From contig JAWLFL010000001.1 in the NCBI GenBank assembly GCA_041685605.1, positions 1,884 through 65,883 of the forward strand: DNA of 64,000 nucleotides, written 5' to 3'. The DNA is from Cyclobacterium sp. GTDB taxonomy: Bacteria > Bacteroidota > Bacteroidia > Cytophagales > Cyclobacteriaceae. Positions 48,835 through 59,240 of this stretch are shown piece by piece (positions within the stretch are counted from its first letter, which is position 1; every line of letters starts with the position of its first letter). The notes beneath the pieces were generated by a model. That model worked only from the letters and a program-made list of their open reading frames with translations. It searched no databases and had not been told where the DNA came from. The position numbers and the translations under genes were made by a program.

Positions 48835-50103
48835 CTATTCGTTCCAGAGTGGCGCGGTGAGCCCATTCAGGTCCCAAACCACTTTGCCTGCAAGAATGGT
48901 GAGTTCATTTTCAATTTTCTGATTACCCATCATTTTACCTTCACCGGTTTTTTCGGTAAAGCCAAAAGTACCTTCCTGTATATTCAAGATGGCAATGTCC
49001 GCCTCTGCGCCCGGTGTGAGGTGCCCCAGGTCGGGACGGTTAATTACCTGCGCCGGTGTCCAGGTGGAGGCGGTGATTACTTCGTTCAGGTTCATGCCCA
49101 TATTCAAAAACTTGGACATGACGTTGTTCATGTTTTTCATTCCGCTCATGATGCTGCTCATGTGGCTGTCTGTGCTGATGACATTGGGTGTAAGTCCCTG
49201 TTCCATGGCCGGAATGGCATGTTTGAAGGCAAAACTAGAGCCCCCATGCCCCACGTCATACACGATGCCCCGTTCCTGGGCCGCTTTGACAAATGGGCGC
49301 AGGTTGCCTCCCCGGTCTACAATGGCTTCCCTGCCAAAACCCCCGCCACCAAAAATATGGGTATAGATATCGCCGGGTCGTAGTTTTTCCATAAATAAGG
49401 TTTCCAGGGAAAGAGGCGGGTTGGCTCCTCCGAAATCGACCATCACCGGGATATTGGCCCGCTCTCCGGCTTCTACCAGCCGGTCTATTTGATCCCATTG
49501 GTGCCCGGAGTAATGCGCCACTTTTACGCCTACAATGTGTTCGGGAAATTGCCGGGCTACCAAAGCCGTCATTTTCGGGTCCATGTCGTTGAGGTTTTGC
49601 TCGTAGGGCGAGCCTTTCATGCCATGACCCACGATGTTTAACATGGCCAGAACGCGAGTTCGAACCCGGTCGATCACCTGCTCTTTAAACTGAACAAAAT
49701 TTCGCCAGCCGGCTCCGCCGGTATCCACCACGGTGGTCACCCCATAGGGAAGGGTAAAGCCGTCGGGGTGAATGGAACTGTATCCACCGCTATATTGGCC
49801 ATAGGGGTCCAATCCGTAAAAATTATGTGTGTGAATATCTACCAAGCCGGGGCACACGAAGAGCCCGGAGGCATCAATCACCTGTCCTGCCAGGTCGGCA
49901 GCAATGTTTTTTTCGACTAGCGCCACCTCATTGCCGGTGATTGCAATGTCCATGACCTCGTTGATTTCGTTTTTGGGATCCATTACATGACCTCCTTTGA
50001 TGAGTAGGTCGTATTGTTGAGCGGTAGCGGTGAGCGTACAAGCTACCATCAGGAAGGCCGTCAGGTAGTTCTTCAGTCCTAGTTGTTTTTTCTTATTCCA
50101 CAT
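48835..50103 (-). CDS. Exported amidohydrolase/deacetylase-family metallohydrolase (dihydroorotase-like)
   Basis: PGLVDIHTH, GVTTVVDTG, DVGHGGSSF and ISTD motifs; signal ending ATA-QQ. Confidence 0.85.
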   Translation of the reverse strand: MWNKKKQLGLKNYLTAFLMVACTLTATAQQYDLLIKGGHVMDPKNEINEVMDIAITGNEVALVEKNIAADLAGQVIDASGLFVCPGLVDIHTHNFYGLDPYGQYSGGYSSIHPDGFTLPYGVTTVVDTGGAGWRNFVQFKEQVIDRVRTRVLAMLNIVGHGMKGSPYEQNLNDMDPKMTALVARQFPEHIVGVKVAHYSGHQWDQIDRLVEAGERANIPVMVDFGGANPPLSLETLFMEKLRPGDIYTHIFGGGGFGREAIVDRGGNLRPFVKAAQERGIVYDVGHGGSSFAFKHAIPAMEQGLTPNVISTDSHMSSIMSGMKNMNNVMSKFLNMGMNLNEVITASTWTPAQVINRPDLGHLTPGAEADIAILNIQEGTFGFTEKTGEGKMMGNQKIENELTILAGKVVWDLNGLTAPLWNE

Positions 50104-50387
50104 TTTTATCTGTTTATAATTGTTTCTTAATGGTCGCATAGCCTGTCCCGATATTAAATCGGGAGAATCTCGCATGCTTGATAATCATCCCTCTGTATGT
50201 CGATATCGTCATGCTCGATTTCATGAAAGTACGGGGTTAAAATCGGTTGGATAATTTAACGCATAAAAGCAGTGGAAACAAATGTTTTTTTAAGGGTGGG
50301 GCAGGACCTAATGAATGGAAGTAGAGACCAAGAGGCTTTTTCTTCCGAAGGGCTTGCGCCAAAAAGGGGAGTCCTGATAAGTAAGAA

Positions 50388-50417
50388 TAAAAAAAATGGG
50401 GAAAGCTCCCCATTTTT
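50388..50417 (-). terminator. Intrinsic terminator after leuA
   Basis: AAAAATGGGGA-AAGC-TCCCCATTTTT with an A run on the + strand. Confidence 0.8.
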
Positions 50418-50429
50418 AAAATTTATTAA

Positions 50430-51602
50430 TCAGGCTTCCTGATGCTGTTGGACGCCCGCCTCTCCAATAATCGCGTGAATGTCTTCATCCAGGATTTCCT
50501 TTTTGATATCCGCATGATCCAGAAATACCTTGTAAACCTTATCCAGCTCAAGTTTGGTAAGTTGATAGCCGATTTTATGAGCACGGTAAGCCAAAGCAGC
50601 CCTTCCGGACCGGGCAGTCAGGACGATCATGGATTCGGTCACGCCCACTTCCAGGGGATCGATGATTTCGTAGGTCTCGCGATTTTTGATAACACCATCC
50701 TGGTGAATTCCCGAGGAATGTGCAAAGGCATTGATGCCCACGATGGCTTTGTTGGGTTGTACCGGCATGCCCATCCTTTCGGCGACCAAACGGCTGATGG
50801 GGTTCAATAATTTGGATTGGATCTGGTTGTGCACGTTTAGCCGGGGATGTTGTTTCATGATCATGGTCACTTCCTCTAACGAGGTGTTACCGGCTCTTTC
50901 TCCAATGCCATTTATGGTGCATTCTATTTGCCGGGCACCATTCATGACGGCGGCAATGGAATTGGCGGTGGCCAGTCCCAGATCATTGTGGCAATGGGCG
51001 GAGATCACCACGTTTTCGATGCCCCTTACATTGTCTACCAGGTATTTTATTTTTGCACCGTACTCGTCTGGCAGGCAGTAGCCGGTGGTATCGGGAATGT
51101 TCAATACCGTAGCACCCGCTTTTATCACCGCTTCACATACCCTGGCCAGGTATTCATTATCTGTCCGGCCAGCATCTTCCGCATAAAATTCCACATCTTC
51201 CACAAATGTTTTGGCATGGGCTACCGCTTCAGCACCCCACTCCAGAATGCGCTCCCGGTTGCTTTTGAACTTGTATTTGATATGCGAATCGGAGGTGCCG
51301 ATCCCGGTATGGATACGGGGTCTTTTGGCATATCTTAGTGCTTCTGCAGCGGTTTCAATGTCTTTTTTCACGCCTCGGGAAAGCCCGCAAACGATGGGTT
51401 CGGTCACATGTTTGGATATTTCTACTACCGAGTTAAAATCTCCGGGACTGGAGATCGGAAATCCTGCCTCGATCACATCTACCCCGAGGGCTTCCAGTTG
51501 ACGGGCAATTTCGATCTTTTGAGGTGTGTTTAATTTGCAACCCGGGACCTGCTCTCCGTCTCTAAGGGTGGTGTCAAAGATCATTACGTGATTCTCATCC
51601 AT
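50430..51602 (-). CDS. leuA: 2-isopropylmalate synthase, short form (~390 aa)
   Basis: [23 protein letters not shown] and HQDG motifs; ends before the C-terminal regulatory domain. Confidence 0.92.
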   Translation of the reverse strand: MDENHVMIFDTTLRDGEQVPGCKLNTPQKIEIARQLEALGVDVIEAGFPISSPGDFNSVVEISKHVTEPIVCGLSRGVKKDIETAAEALRYAKRPRIHTGIGTSDSHIKYKFKSNRERILEWGAEAVAHAKTFVEDVEFYAEDAGRTDNEYLARVCEAVIKAGATVLNIPDTTGYCLPDEYGAKIKYLVDNVRGIENVVISAHCHNDLGLATANSIAAVMNGARQIECTINGIGERAGNTSLEEVTMIMKQHPRLNVHNQIQSKLLNPISRLVAERMGMPVQPNKAIVGINAFAHSSGIHQDGVIKNRETYEIIDPLEVGVTESMIVLTARSGRAALAYRAHKIGYQLTKLELDKVYKVFLDHADIKKEILDEDIHAIIGEAGVQQHQEA

Positions 51603-51695
51603 GTCTGTGTTGGTTTTTTTATGGAAATCCAATGTAAAACCTTCGTCTTGCTCCCAAAATTCAATTAACTTTATATGTCCGATATCAGAAAGAGT

Positions 51696-51715
51696 ATTTG
51701 ATTATATAAACAAAT
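51696..51715. promoter_or_regulatory. Imperfect palindrome between the divergent leuA and 519-aa gene
   Basis: ATTTGATTATATAAACAAAT is 18/20 self-complementary, though in AT-rich sequence. Confidence 0.45.
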
Positions 51716-51745
51716 GATTTATAGTATTTTAAATAATATTTTTAT

Positions 51746-53305
51746 ATGATATCCAATTTTAAAAAAGATTCGCTGTTTGATTTAATTTCCAGCTTGTCTC
51801 CCTCAGAAAAGCGGAATTTCAAGCTTTTTACCAAAAGGTTGTCCTCTAACCAGGATGCAAAATTTCTAAGGCTATTCGAGACCTTGGAAAAGATGGAAAT
51901 TTACGACGAAAGGCAGTTGTTGGAAAAGGTATATGTGTCTAAAAAGCAATTGCCAAACATGAAAGCGCATTTGTACAAGCAGCTGCTGACTTCGCTAAGG
52001 CTGTTATATGCGGACCGAAACGTCGAGCTCCAGCTTAACGAACAGATTGATTTTGGGCGAATATTGTTTAACAAGGGGCTTTACATGCAGAGCCTGAAAG
52101 TATTGGACAAAGCGAAGCAAATGGCAGCACAATACGGGCTGGATACGGTGATGCTGCGAGTGGTTGAGATGGAGAAGGTGATCGAATCGCAGCACATTAC
52201 CCGGAGTATCCGAAACAGAGCTGAAATACTCAGTGAAGAATCCTCTCGCCTGTCTGGAAAAGTAGATCTGAAAAATCGTTTTTCCAGTCTTTCGCTTCAG
52301 TTATATGGTATTTACCTCAAGACCGGTTATATCAAGGACCGGGAGGGGAGGCTGATGTTGGAGAATTTCTACAAACGGAACATGCCGGCCTATAAGCTGT
52401 CTTCCCTGGGGTTTTATGAGAAAATGTACCTGTACCAGGCACAGGTTTGGTATTTTCATATTGTCCAGGATTTCCCCTTATGTTACCGCGCAGCCCAACA
52501 TTGGGTGGATCTATTCCAGACCTCGCCTCATATGGTCAAAGTGGCCACGGGGAATTACCTAAAGGCCTACCATTACCTGCTGGACACGCTTTTTTACCTG
52601 GGATACTACGATCGCTTTACAAAGGTGCTGGAAGAATTTCAGCATGGCCTGGAAAGCAGTGACTTTATGATGGATGATAATAGCAGAATACTTGCATTCC
52701 TATATCTGTATTCCAACCTGCTTAACATTCATTTTTTAAAGGGAGAATTCACAATGGGAGTGGAAATTCTGGTGCCCGCATTGCTAAAGGATATAAAACC
52801 TATCCGAAATAAATTAGACATTCACCACCTGATGGTACTACATTATAAAGTGGCCTGTTTGTATTTTGGGAATGGTGACAATGAAAAGGCTATTTTTTAC
52901 CTGGACCAGGTGATCCAAAACAACCAGGATGGTTTAAGGGAAGATTTGCAGTGCTTTGCCCATATTTTGAAATTAATAGCCAGCTATGAAGCGGGCCGGG
53001 ACGAAAAGCTGGATGTACAGATCCGGAATGTTTATCGTTTTTTGATCAAGATGGACGACTTACATCAGGTACAGAAGGAAATGGTGCGGTTTGTCCGAAA
53101 TCTGAGCAGGATTTATGGGAATGAACTAAAAAGTGCTTTCGTCGAATTGCTGAAAAAACTAAAAGTCTTTGAAAACCATCCGTATGAAAAGCGGGCATTT
53201 TTATACCTGGATATTATTTCCTGGTTGGAAAGCAAAATTGAAAACAGACCGGTACAGGATGTAATCAGGAAAAAGTTTCTGAAAAAAACCGATAGTGAAA
53301 AATAG
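51746..53305 (+). CDS. Hypothetical helical/TPR-like protein, divergent from leuA
   Basis: 519 aa; basic N-terminus LFDLISSLSPSEKRNFKLF; TPR-like segments; no signal or TM segment. Confidence 0.8.
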   Translation: MISNFKKDSLFDLISSLSPSEKRNFKLFTKRLSSNQDAKFLRLFETLEKMEIYDERQLLEKVYVSKKQLPNMKAHLYKQLLTSLRLLYADRNVELQLNEQIDFGRILFNKGLYMQSLKVLDKAKQMAAQYGLDTVMLRVVEMEKVIESQHITRSIRNRAEILSEESSRLSGKVDLKNRFSSLSLQLYGIYLKTGYIKDREGRLMLENFYKRNMPAYKLSSLGFYEKMYLYQAQVWYFHIVQDFPLCYRAAQHWVDLFQTSPHMVKVATGNYLKAYHYLLDTLFYLGYYDRFTKVLEEFQHGLESSDFMMDDNSRILAFLYLYSNLLNIHFLKGEFTMGVEILVPALLKDIKPIRNKLDIHHLMVLHYKVACLYFGNGDNEKAIFYLDQVIQNNQDGLREDLQCFAHILKLIASYEAGRDEKLDVQIRNVYRFLIKMDDLHQVQKEMVRFVRNLSRIYGNELKSAFVELLKKLKVFENHPYEKRAFLYLDIISWLESKIENRPVQDVIRKKFLKKTDSEK

Positions 53306-53313
53306 TAGGGATG

Positions 53314-53352
53314 AAAAAAAACTGCCCGGGAAACAGATTTTCCAGGGCAGTT
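53314..53352. terminator. Terminator between convergent genes
   Basis: A run followed by AACTGCCC-GGGAAA..TTTCC-AGGGCAGTT. Confidence 0.7.
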
Positions 53353-53374
53353 CAGAATAGGAATGAGCAAGAAA

Positions 53375-53566
53375 TCAGGCTAAAACTTCTTTTTCCATGA
53401 TTACCTGACCTTTGTAATATAATTTGCCGTCCAGCCAAAAAGCCCGGTGGGGTAGGTGAAATTCACCCGTGGTGGGGCATTGTGCCAGACCTGGCGCATT
53501 TAACTTGTAATGCGTCCTTCTTTTGTCTCTTCTGGTTTTGGAAATTTTCCGTTTAGGATGTGCCAT
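53375..53566 (-). CDS. rpmF: 50S ribosomal protein L32
   Basis: [19 protein letters not shown]. Confidence 0.97.
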   Translation of the reverse strand: MAHPKRKISKTRRDKRRTHYKLNAPGLAQCPTTGEFHLPHRAFWLDGKLYYKGQVIMEKEVLA

Positions 53567-53583
53567 ATCTATGTAATTTTAGA

Positions 53584-54135
53584 TTATTCGTTATTTTTAA
53601 AATTTTTCAAAGCTTCCCAAAACGGGTTTTGCTCAGCCTTGCCATTGTCTTCTTCGTCATCTTCCTCTCCGGCCTCGTATACGATCCAACCATCGTTTTC
53701 GTCCACATCATCGTCGTCGATACGGTAGTCCGGATGAATCTTCTTTGCCGGAATGGATAGCAGAATAAATTCATAAATCAACTGCGCCACATTTATGACT
53801 TGCGTATCCTTGGTAATCAGGAAAATCTCATCGTTGATTTCCTTTTCTTCTTGCCCGTATTTGTAGACAATTTTATGGGATACGGAGACTGGATGGTTGA
53901 ATTCTTCCAGACTTCTATCGCAGGTCAGACGAACCGTACCTTGCAGCTGAAAATCCGCCTCTATCAGATTTATTCTTTTATCAAGTAACACATCAACACC
54001 GACTTCCGCATGATGGATAACCTCTTTGACTTTCTCAAAATGGTCCATGAACGCATCATTTACTTCAAAATGAAACGCATGCTCTCCTTCCTTCAATCGG
54101 ATGATGTCAATATCGAACTTCCTTATGAATTTCAT
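53584..54135 (-). CDS. DUF177/YceD family protein
   Basis: LTCDRSL and NPFWEALK motifs; upstream of rpmF; TAAATTTG promoter on the minus strand at 54153-54160. Confidence 0.9.
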   Translation of the reverse strand: MKFIRKFDIDIIRLKEGEHAFHFEVNDAFMDHFEKVKEVIHHAEVGVDVLLDKRINLIEADFQLQGTVRLTCDRSLEEFNHPVSVSHKIVYKYGQEEKEINDEIFLITKDTQVINVAQLIYEFILLSIPAKKIHPDYRIDDDDVDENDGWIVYEAGEEDDEEDNGKAEQNPFWEALKNFKNNE

Positions 54136-54201
54136 TATTTGAATTAAGAACGCAAATTTAGGGATAAATTTCTGTTTTCTAAAATATTGCCTTTAAATAT
54201 T

Positions 54202-55224
54202 TTATTCTTCCGTGTCCCAGTCACCGTTTCGCTTAATGATGTCGTGAGCCAGGAATATCGCAGCTCGCATGGATCCTGCGTCTGCCGCATTTTTTCCGGC
54301 AATATTGTAAGCCGTACCATGGTCCGGACTGGTCCGAATGATGGGAAGCCCGGCAGTAAAGTTTACACCCGAATCGAACGATACCGTTTTGAAGGGTACA
54401 AGACCCTGGTCGTGGTACATGGCCAGGACGCCATCGAATTTCTTCTGGTGCATCATGCCAAAAAAGCCATCCGCGGGATAGGGGCCAAAAACCAAATTTC
54501 CCTTATCCTTAAATTCTTTGACTACCGGCTGTATGATTTCTTGCTCTTCCCTTCCCAGGAGCCCGTCCTCGCCAGCGTGGGGGTTTACCCCCAAAACCGC
54601 GATTTTTGGTTTGGGAATGCCGAAATCCTCCTTCAAAGACTTGAGCATAATTTTCAATTTTTCTTTAATGGCGGCTGAAGTAATAGCAGCCGCCACCTCT
54701 TTAAGCGGCATATGTCCCGTCACTAATCCAATGCGCATATCTTCCGAAACCATAAACATCAGGCTCTTTGCTGCTTGGAAGGCATCGGTCAGGTATTCGG
54801 TATGTCCAATAAAAGGCGTTTCTTCGCTATTGATGTTATTTTTATTTAGAGGAGCGGTCACCAGCGCATCGAGCTTTTCCGATTTTAGGTCAACAATTGC
54901 CTGGTCTAAGGCTGCCAGGGCCATTTTTCCGGCTTCCCTGGTTTCCACACCGGGACTTACTTCCGGAGATTCCTGTACCACGTTGATCACATTGGTCTTC
55001 CGGTGATGAATATCTTCTATGCCTTTTACCTGCATAAAATTGAAGTCATTCATGTCCAGCATCTTCCGGTAATAGGTGATGGCTTTGCCATGGCCGTAGA
55101 TTACTGGCGTAATCATTTTTTGCAGGCGGCTGTCCTGAAGTGCCTTCATGGTAACCTCAGCACCGATCCCATTGATGTCTCCGATACTGACGCCGATAAC
55201 CGGTTTATTTTTTCTTATATTCAT
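54202..55224 (-). CDS. pdxA: 4-hydroxythreonine-4-phosphate dehydrogenase
   Basis: GDINGIG, GHTEYL, NPHAGE, MYHDQG and RTSPDHGTA motifs. Confidence 0.96.
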   Translation of the reverse strand: MNIRKNKPVIGVSIGDINGIGAEVTMKALQDSRLQKMITPVIYGHGKAITYYRKMLDMNDFNFMQVKGIEDIHHRKTNVINVVQESPEVSPGVETREAGKMALAALDQAIVDLKSEKLDALVTAPLNKNNINSEETPFIGHTEYLTDAFQAAKSLMFMVSEDMRIGLVTGHMPLKEVAAAITSAAIKEKLKIMLKSLKEDFGIPKPKIAVLGVNPHAGEDGLLGREEQEIIQPVVKEFKDKGNLVFGPYPADGFFGMMHQKKFDGVLAMYHDQGLVPFKTVSFDSGVNFTAGLPIIRTSPDHGTAYNIAGKNAADAGSMRAAIFLAHDIIKRNGDWDTEE

Positions 55225-55391
55225 TTTCTATCAAACCTGTGTGTTCAACTATTCAACGATTTTATGCAAGTTAAATAATTATGTGGAATCAAGGCATTTC
55301 CAAAATGGCGAAACAAGTGATTGCCCTGTCAAAAGCGTTAAAAAAGGAGGTTTGTTTGCATTGGGAATGGATGCAAAAAAGCGGTCAAGTT

Positions 55392-56597
55392 TTAATAAGC
55401 CACTTCTACCCTAAATCGGGAATTTACCGCTTTCAATTGGTCAAAAGCTGCTTTGGAAACTTTGATTAACAGGCGGTTGTTGTCTCCTGTTTCCGGCAAT
55501 ACCCCCACTACTCTCGCAAAAACGGTAACATCGTTTTCTTCATTTCGGATTCTCATGATGGTACCTACTGGAGCTGTGCGGTGGAGCACCAGGTATTTTT
55601 TGTGATTTCCTGTGCCCTCAATCACTTCTGCTTGTCCACTTTCCGTAACGTTTTTAAACGCCGTGGACGCTCCTACATTCGAGTTGGATGTGGAAACGGA
55701 AGTAGCACCACCAGATGAGGGAGTTGACCGGTTCTCGCTACGGGTGGTCGCAGGAGGAGTGGGCGTTTCAGATTTTGGAGGTCCGGGTAGTTGACTGACC
55801 GGAATTTGAGCATTGGTCTCCCTTCCTACTTTTAGGGTTTGACCTATTTTTAAGTTATTGGAAGAAAGGCCATTCCACTGGATCAGGTCTTCCACTTTTG
55901 CATCGTACTTTCTGGCAATCGCAAAAAGAGTTTCCCCCTGAACCACCTTATGGGAAATCCAGTTTCCTGTACGGGACACCATTGGTTTGTTCTCGGGTGT
56001 ATTGGTAGGGGAGTTTTTACTTTCTTTAGGGGCTTTTTCCGGTTGCGTAGCTGGCTTACCACTGGAGCTGTCCGGTGAAGGACTCACTTCTTCACTGGTT
56101 ACCGCCACGGTTTGATCTGCCAATTCTACTGTTTCTTCTATTTTTTCGTTGGTAACCGGTTCTTGTTTTTCCTCTAGCCCCTTGATGATTAAGGATTGTC
56201 CCACACTGATATCCGTCCCGTTAAGCTCATTCCATGCCATCAGGTCTTGTACTTCGGAATCGTACTTTTGGGCAATAGCAAAAAGCGTTTCGCCCGGAAT
56301 CACCTGATGAAGCTTCGCTCCTTCCGGCAGGGTTTGCTTTTCCACGAACGGCACCCGGATTCGTTGGCCAGCCTTAAGACCGGCTTTGAGATTATCGTTG
56401 CTTTGGACAATGTCTCCTACGGGGGTATTGTACCGACGGGAGATTCCAAATAAGGTTTCCTGAGGCTCCACCTCATGAATGATATAGGATTTATCCCCGA
56501 TTCGCTCGATGCCCACGGAATCCGTTTTTGTTAGTTCGCTTCCCCAGGAAGGGTTTGCCAAACTGATCATCCCCAAAATCAAAATCCAGCACTTCAT
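55392..56597 (-). CDS. Secreted protein with three LysM domains and a C-terminal DPBB-like domain
   Basis: Three H.V...ETLF.I...Y repeats; Pro/Ser/Thr-rich linkers; LHRTAPVGTIMRIRN. Confidence 0.88.
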   Translation of the reverse strand: MKCWILILGMISLANPSWGSELTKTDSVGIERIGDKSYIIHEVEPQETLFGISRRYNTPVGDIVQSNDNLKAGLKAGQRIRVPFVEKQTLPEGAKLHQVIPGETLFAIAQKYDSEVQDLMAWNELNGTDISVGQSLIIKGLEEKQEPVTNEKIEETVELADQTVAVTSEEVSPSPDSSSGKPATQPEKAPKESKNSPTNTPENKPMVSRTGNWISHKVVQGETLFAIARKYDAKVEDLIQWNGLSSNNLKIGQTLKVGRETNAQIPVSQLPGPPKSETPTPPATTRSENRSTPSSGGATSVSTSNSNVGASTAFKNVTESGQAEVIEGTGNHKKYLVLHRTAPVGTIMRIRNEENDVTVFARVVGVLPETGDNNRLLIKVSKAAFDQLKAVNSRFRVEVAY

Positions 56598-56744
56598 TTT
56601 AAAAACAGTTTTTTGACAAGTATTTACCAACATTCATGCAAATTTGATATTTATTTTATCAATTGCAACACGATTTGGGTCCAATGGGAACAATGATGGT
56701 TTTTATTGGTATATTCAAACGGGAAATATTAAATGAATTAATAA

Positions 56745-58112
56745 ATGAAATTGGTAATTAATTTATTGTTTTTTACAGCGGTTTTTTTTTCAATGGTAAA
56801 CCTGTCCTTTGGGCAAAATGAGGAGCAGCCGGATTCGGTAAAGCTGGTGTACGTATTTGATATGAAAAGTGATATCGATCCAAGGATGAACCGAAAGGTT
56901 ACCCTTGCGCTGAAAGATGCAAAAGAAAAAAAGGCAGCAATGATAATCGTCCATATGGATACCTATGGAGGAGCGGTTAACGATGCCGATGACATCCGGA
57001 CCTTGTTTTTGGAATCAGAGATTCCGATTCATTCGTTTATTGATAAGGATGCCGCATCCGCAGGAGCCCTGATTTCCATCGCCTGTGATAGCATCTACAT
57101 GGCCAGGGGAGGAAGCATCGGCGCGGCGACAGTAGTAATGGGTGGAACCGGGGAGGCCGCTCCGGATAAATACCAGTCTTACATGCGTTCCATGATGCGG
57201 AGCACCGCCGAAGCCACTGGCAGAGACCCGCGAATAGCGGAGGCCATGGTGGACGAAGACCTGGAAGTAGAGGGAATTTCCAATGCCGGTGAAGTCATTA
57301 CCTTTTCCGTGTCGGAGGCCATTGCTAACGGATTTTGCGAGGCAGAAGTGGCCTCTATCGATGAAATCATAGAACGCAACGGGTTGGAAAATTACGAAGT
57401 GTATCGCTACGCACCCTCTGTGGCCGAAGATATTATCTCATTTTTCCTAAATCCTGCCGTCAGTGGGTTTCTGATTTTGGTGATATTTGCAGGTATTTAT
57501 TTTGAAATACAAACTCCGGGCATTGGCTTTCCCCTTGCAGCCAGTGGCATTGCGGTGGTGCTGTATTTTATTCCCTACTACCTGACCGGTTTGGCCAGCA
57601 ACCTGGAACTGGTGATTTTCATCGTGGGAATAATCTTGTTGGCGGTGGAGGTTTTCGTCATTCCTGGATTTGGGGTGTTCGGTATTTTGGGGATCATTTG
57701 TGTGTTGGCAGGCCTGACCATGGGCATGCTGCCCAATGACCTGTTTGATTTTACGTTTGTAAGTTCAGGAAAGCTTTTTACGGCCTTATTGACCGTGATA
57801 TTGTCAGTCATTGTTTCTACCGTGCTCATTTTCAGCCTTACCCCAAAGGTAAATCAATGGAAAAGTTTCAGTAAAATTTCGTTGGCCGACACGCATCAAA
57901 AATCAGAAGGATACACCTCTTCTTTTTACAGCAACGAAATGCTGGGAAAACAAGGTGTTTCGCATACCCGGCTTATGCCGAGTGGGAAGGTGCTTATTGA
58001 TGATGAAATTTACGATGCCTATTCCCGAGGGGAGTTTATAGATAGAGGGGAAACCATTCAGGTAATCAGTACCGAGGGGACTTCACTCAGGGTGAAAAAA
58101 GTACAGACCTAA
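56745..58112 (+). CDS. NfeD family membrane-bound serine protease (long form)
   Basis: DTYGG, AASAGA and GRDPRIAEAMVD motifs; TM region; C-terminal OB fold (LMPSGKV). Confidence 0.9.
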   Translation: MKLVINLLFFTAVFFSMVNLSFGQNEEQPDSVKLVYVFDMKSDIDPRMNRKVTLALKDAKEKKAAMIIVHMDTYGGAVNDADDIRTLFLESEIPIHSFIDKDAASAGALISIACDSIYMARGGSIGAATVVMGGTGEAAPDKYQSYMRSMMRSTAEATGRDPRIAEAMVDEDLEVEGISNAGEVITFSVSEAIANGFCEAEVASIDEIIERNGLENYEVYRYAPSVAEDIISFFLNPAVSGFLILVIFAGIYFEIQTPGIGFPLAASGIAVVLYFIPYYLTGLASNLELVIFIVGIILLAVEVFVIPGFGVFGILGIICVLAGLTMGMLPNDLFDFTFVSSGKLFTALLTVILSVIVSTVLIFSLTPKVNQWKSFSKISLADTHQKSEGYTSSFYSNEMLGKQGVSHTRLMPSGKVLIDDEIYDAYSRGEFIDRGETIQVISTEGTSLRVKKVQT

Positions 58113-58198
58113 AAAGTTAGCTCCGGGTAAACCAAGCCCTTTCGGTAGGGTTCTCGGATTTATGTTTATTTTCGGGACCAAATGAAATCCTTTTTTCT

Positions 58199-58945
58199 AT
58201 GAAGAAAATAATCCAAAGGCTTTATTCCATATACGGTTCCATTGTATTTATCCTTACATTTTTAGTACTGCTTCCGGTTTTTGCTTTTACCATCGAAATC
58301 TCCGGAAGAAAAGCCCGGGGAAGAAAGCTAAACCGAGTCTGGTCCCGGGTGTTTTTTGGGATGCTATTTTTTCGAGTAAGAATGGAAAACCTACATCAGT
58401 TTAAGGTAAAGGGCCCCTATGTGATCGTAGCCAATCATTTTTCATACCTCGATATCCCTGTCCTGGGTCTGATTCCTTTTGATTTGGTATTTATTGGGAA
58501 GAGCTCTTTAGGAAAAGTGCCTCTTTTCGGGTATATGTTTAAGAACCTGCACATTGCGGTAGATAGAAACAGCCTAAAAAGCAGGGGCGAATCGGTGCAG
58601 CGGGCGAGGGAAGCCCTGGATCAGGGGAGCAGCGTGGTTTTTTTTCCGGAGGGCGGAATTTCCAGCACCGAGCCCCCAAAAATGGCCCGTTTCAAAGATG
58701 GGGCTTTTAAAGCGGCTGTGGACAAACAAATTCCGGTAATTCCTATCACTTTATCCTACAATCACTTAATTTTGCCGGATGATGGCCGGTTTTTATTGCG
58801 GTACAAACCGGTAAAAGTAGTCATCCATCCCCCCGTTTCCGTGGAAGGTTTGGGAATTAGGGACGTGGGGGAACTCAAAGAGAAATGTTACCGTATCATC
58901 CAGGAGCAATTGTGGAAAGACAATGAAAGCCTGAAAGAAAAATGA
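58199..58945 (+). CDS. plsC: 1-acyl-sn-glycerol-3-phosphate acyltransferase
   Basis: NHFSYLD and FFPEG motifs. Confidence 0.85.
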   Translation: MKKIIQRLYSIYGSIVFILTFLVLLPVFAFTIEISGRKARGRKLNRVWSRVFFGMLFFRVRMENLHQFKVKGPYVIVANHFSYLDIPVLGLIPFDLVFIGKSSLGKVPLFGYMFKNLHIAVDRNSLKSRGESVQRAREALDQGSSVVFFPEGGISSTEPPKMARFKDGAFKAAVDKQIPVIPITLSYNHLILPDDGRFLLRYKPVKVVIHPPVSVEGLGIRDVGELKEKCYRIIQEQLWKDNESLKEK

Positions 58946-58952
58946 ACAGCTA

Positions 58953-59240
58953 ATGAAGTTGGATATCAATTCGCTAAAAAAGATTGCGCACCTGGCTCGT
59001 TTGGAGTTTGATGAAAGTGGGGCAAAAAAAATGACCAGGGATATGACCCAGATTTTGGATTGGGTTGAGAAATTGAATGAACTGGATACTTCTGAGGTGG
59101 AACCGCTGATTACCATGTCCTCGGAAGAAAACATCATGCGCGAAGACAAGGTAGGAACGCACCTGGGTCATGAAAAAGCCCTGAAAAATGCCCCGCAGAG
59201 AGATTCTGATTATTTCCGCGTTCCGAAGGTAATGGAATAA
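58953..59240 (+). CDS. gatC: Asp/Glu-tRNA amidotransferase subunit C
   Basis: IAHLARL, MRED, NAP and FRVPKV motifs. Confidence 0.95.
   Translation: MKLDINSLKKIAHLARLEFDESGAKKMTRDMTQILDWVEKLNELDTSEVEPLITMSSEENIMREDKVGTHLGHEKALKNAPQRDSDYFRVPKVME

Noticed and set aside
51603-51745. Leucine attenuator peptide upstream of leuA
   Set aside because: No short Leu-rich ORF or terminator/antiterminator pair found on the minus strand.
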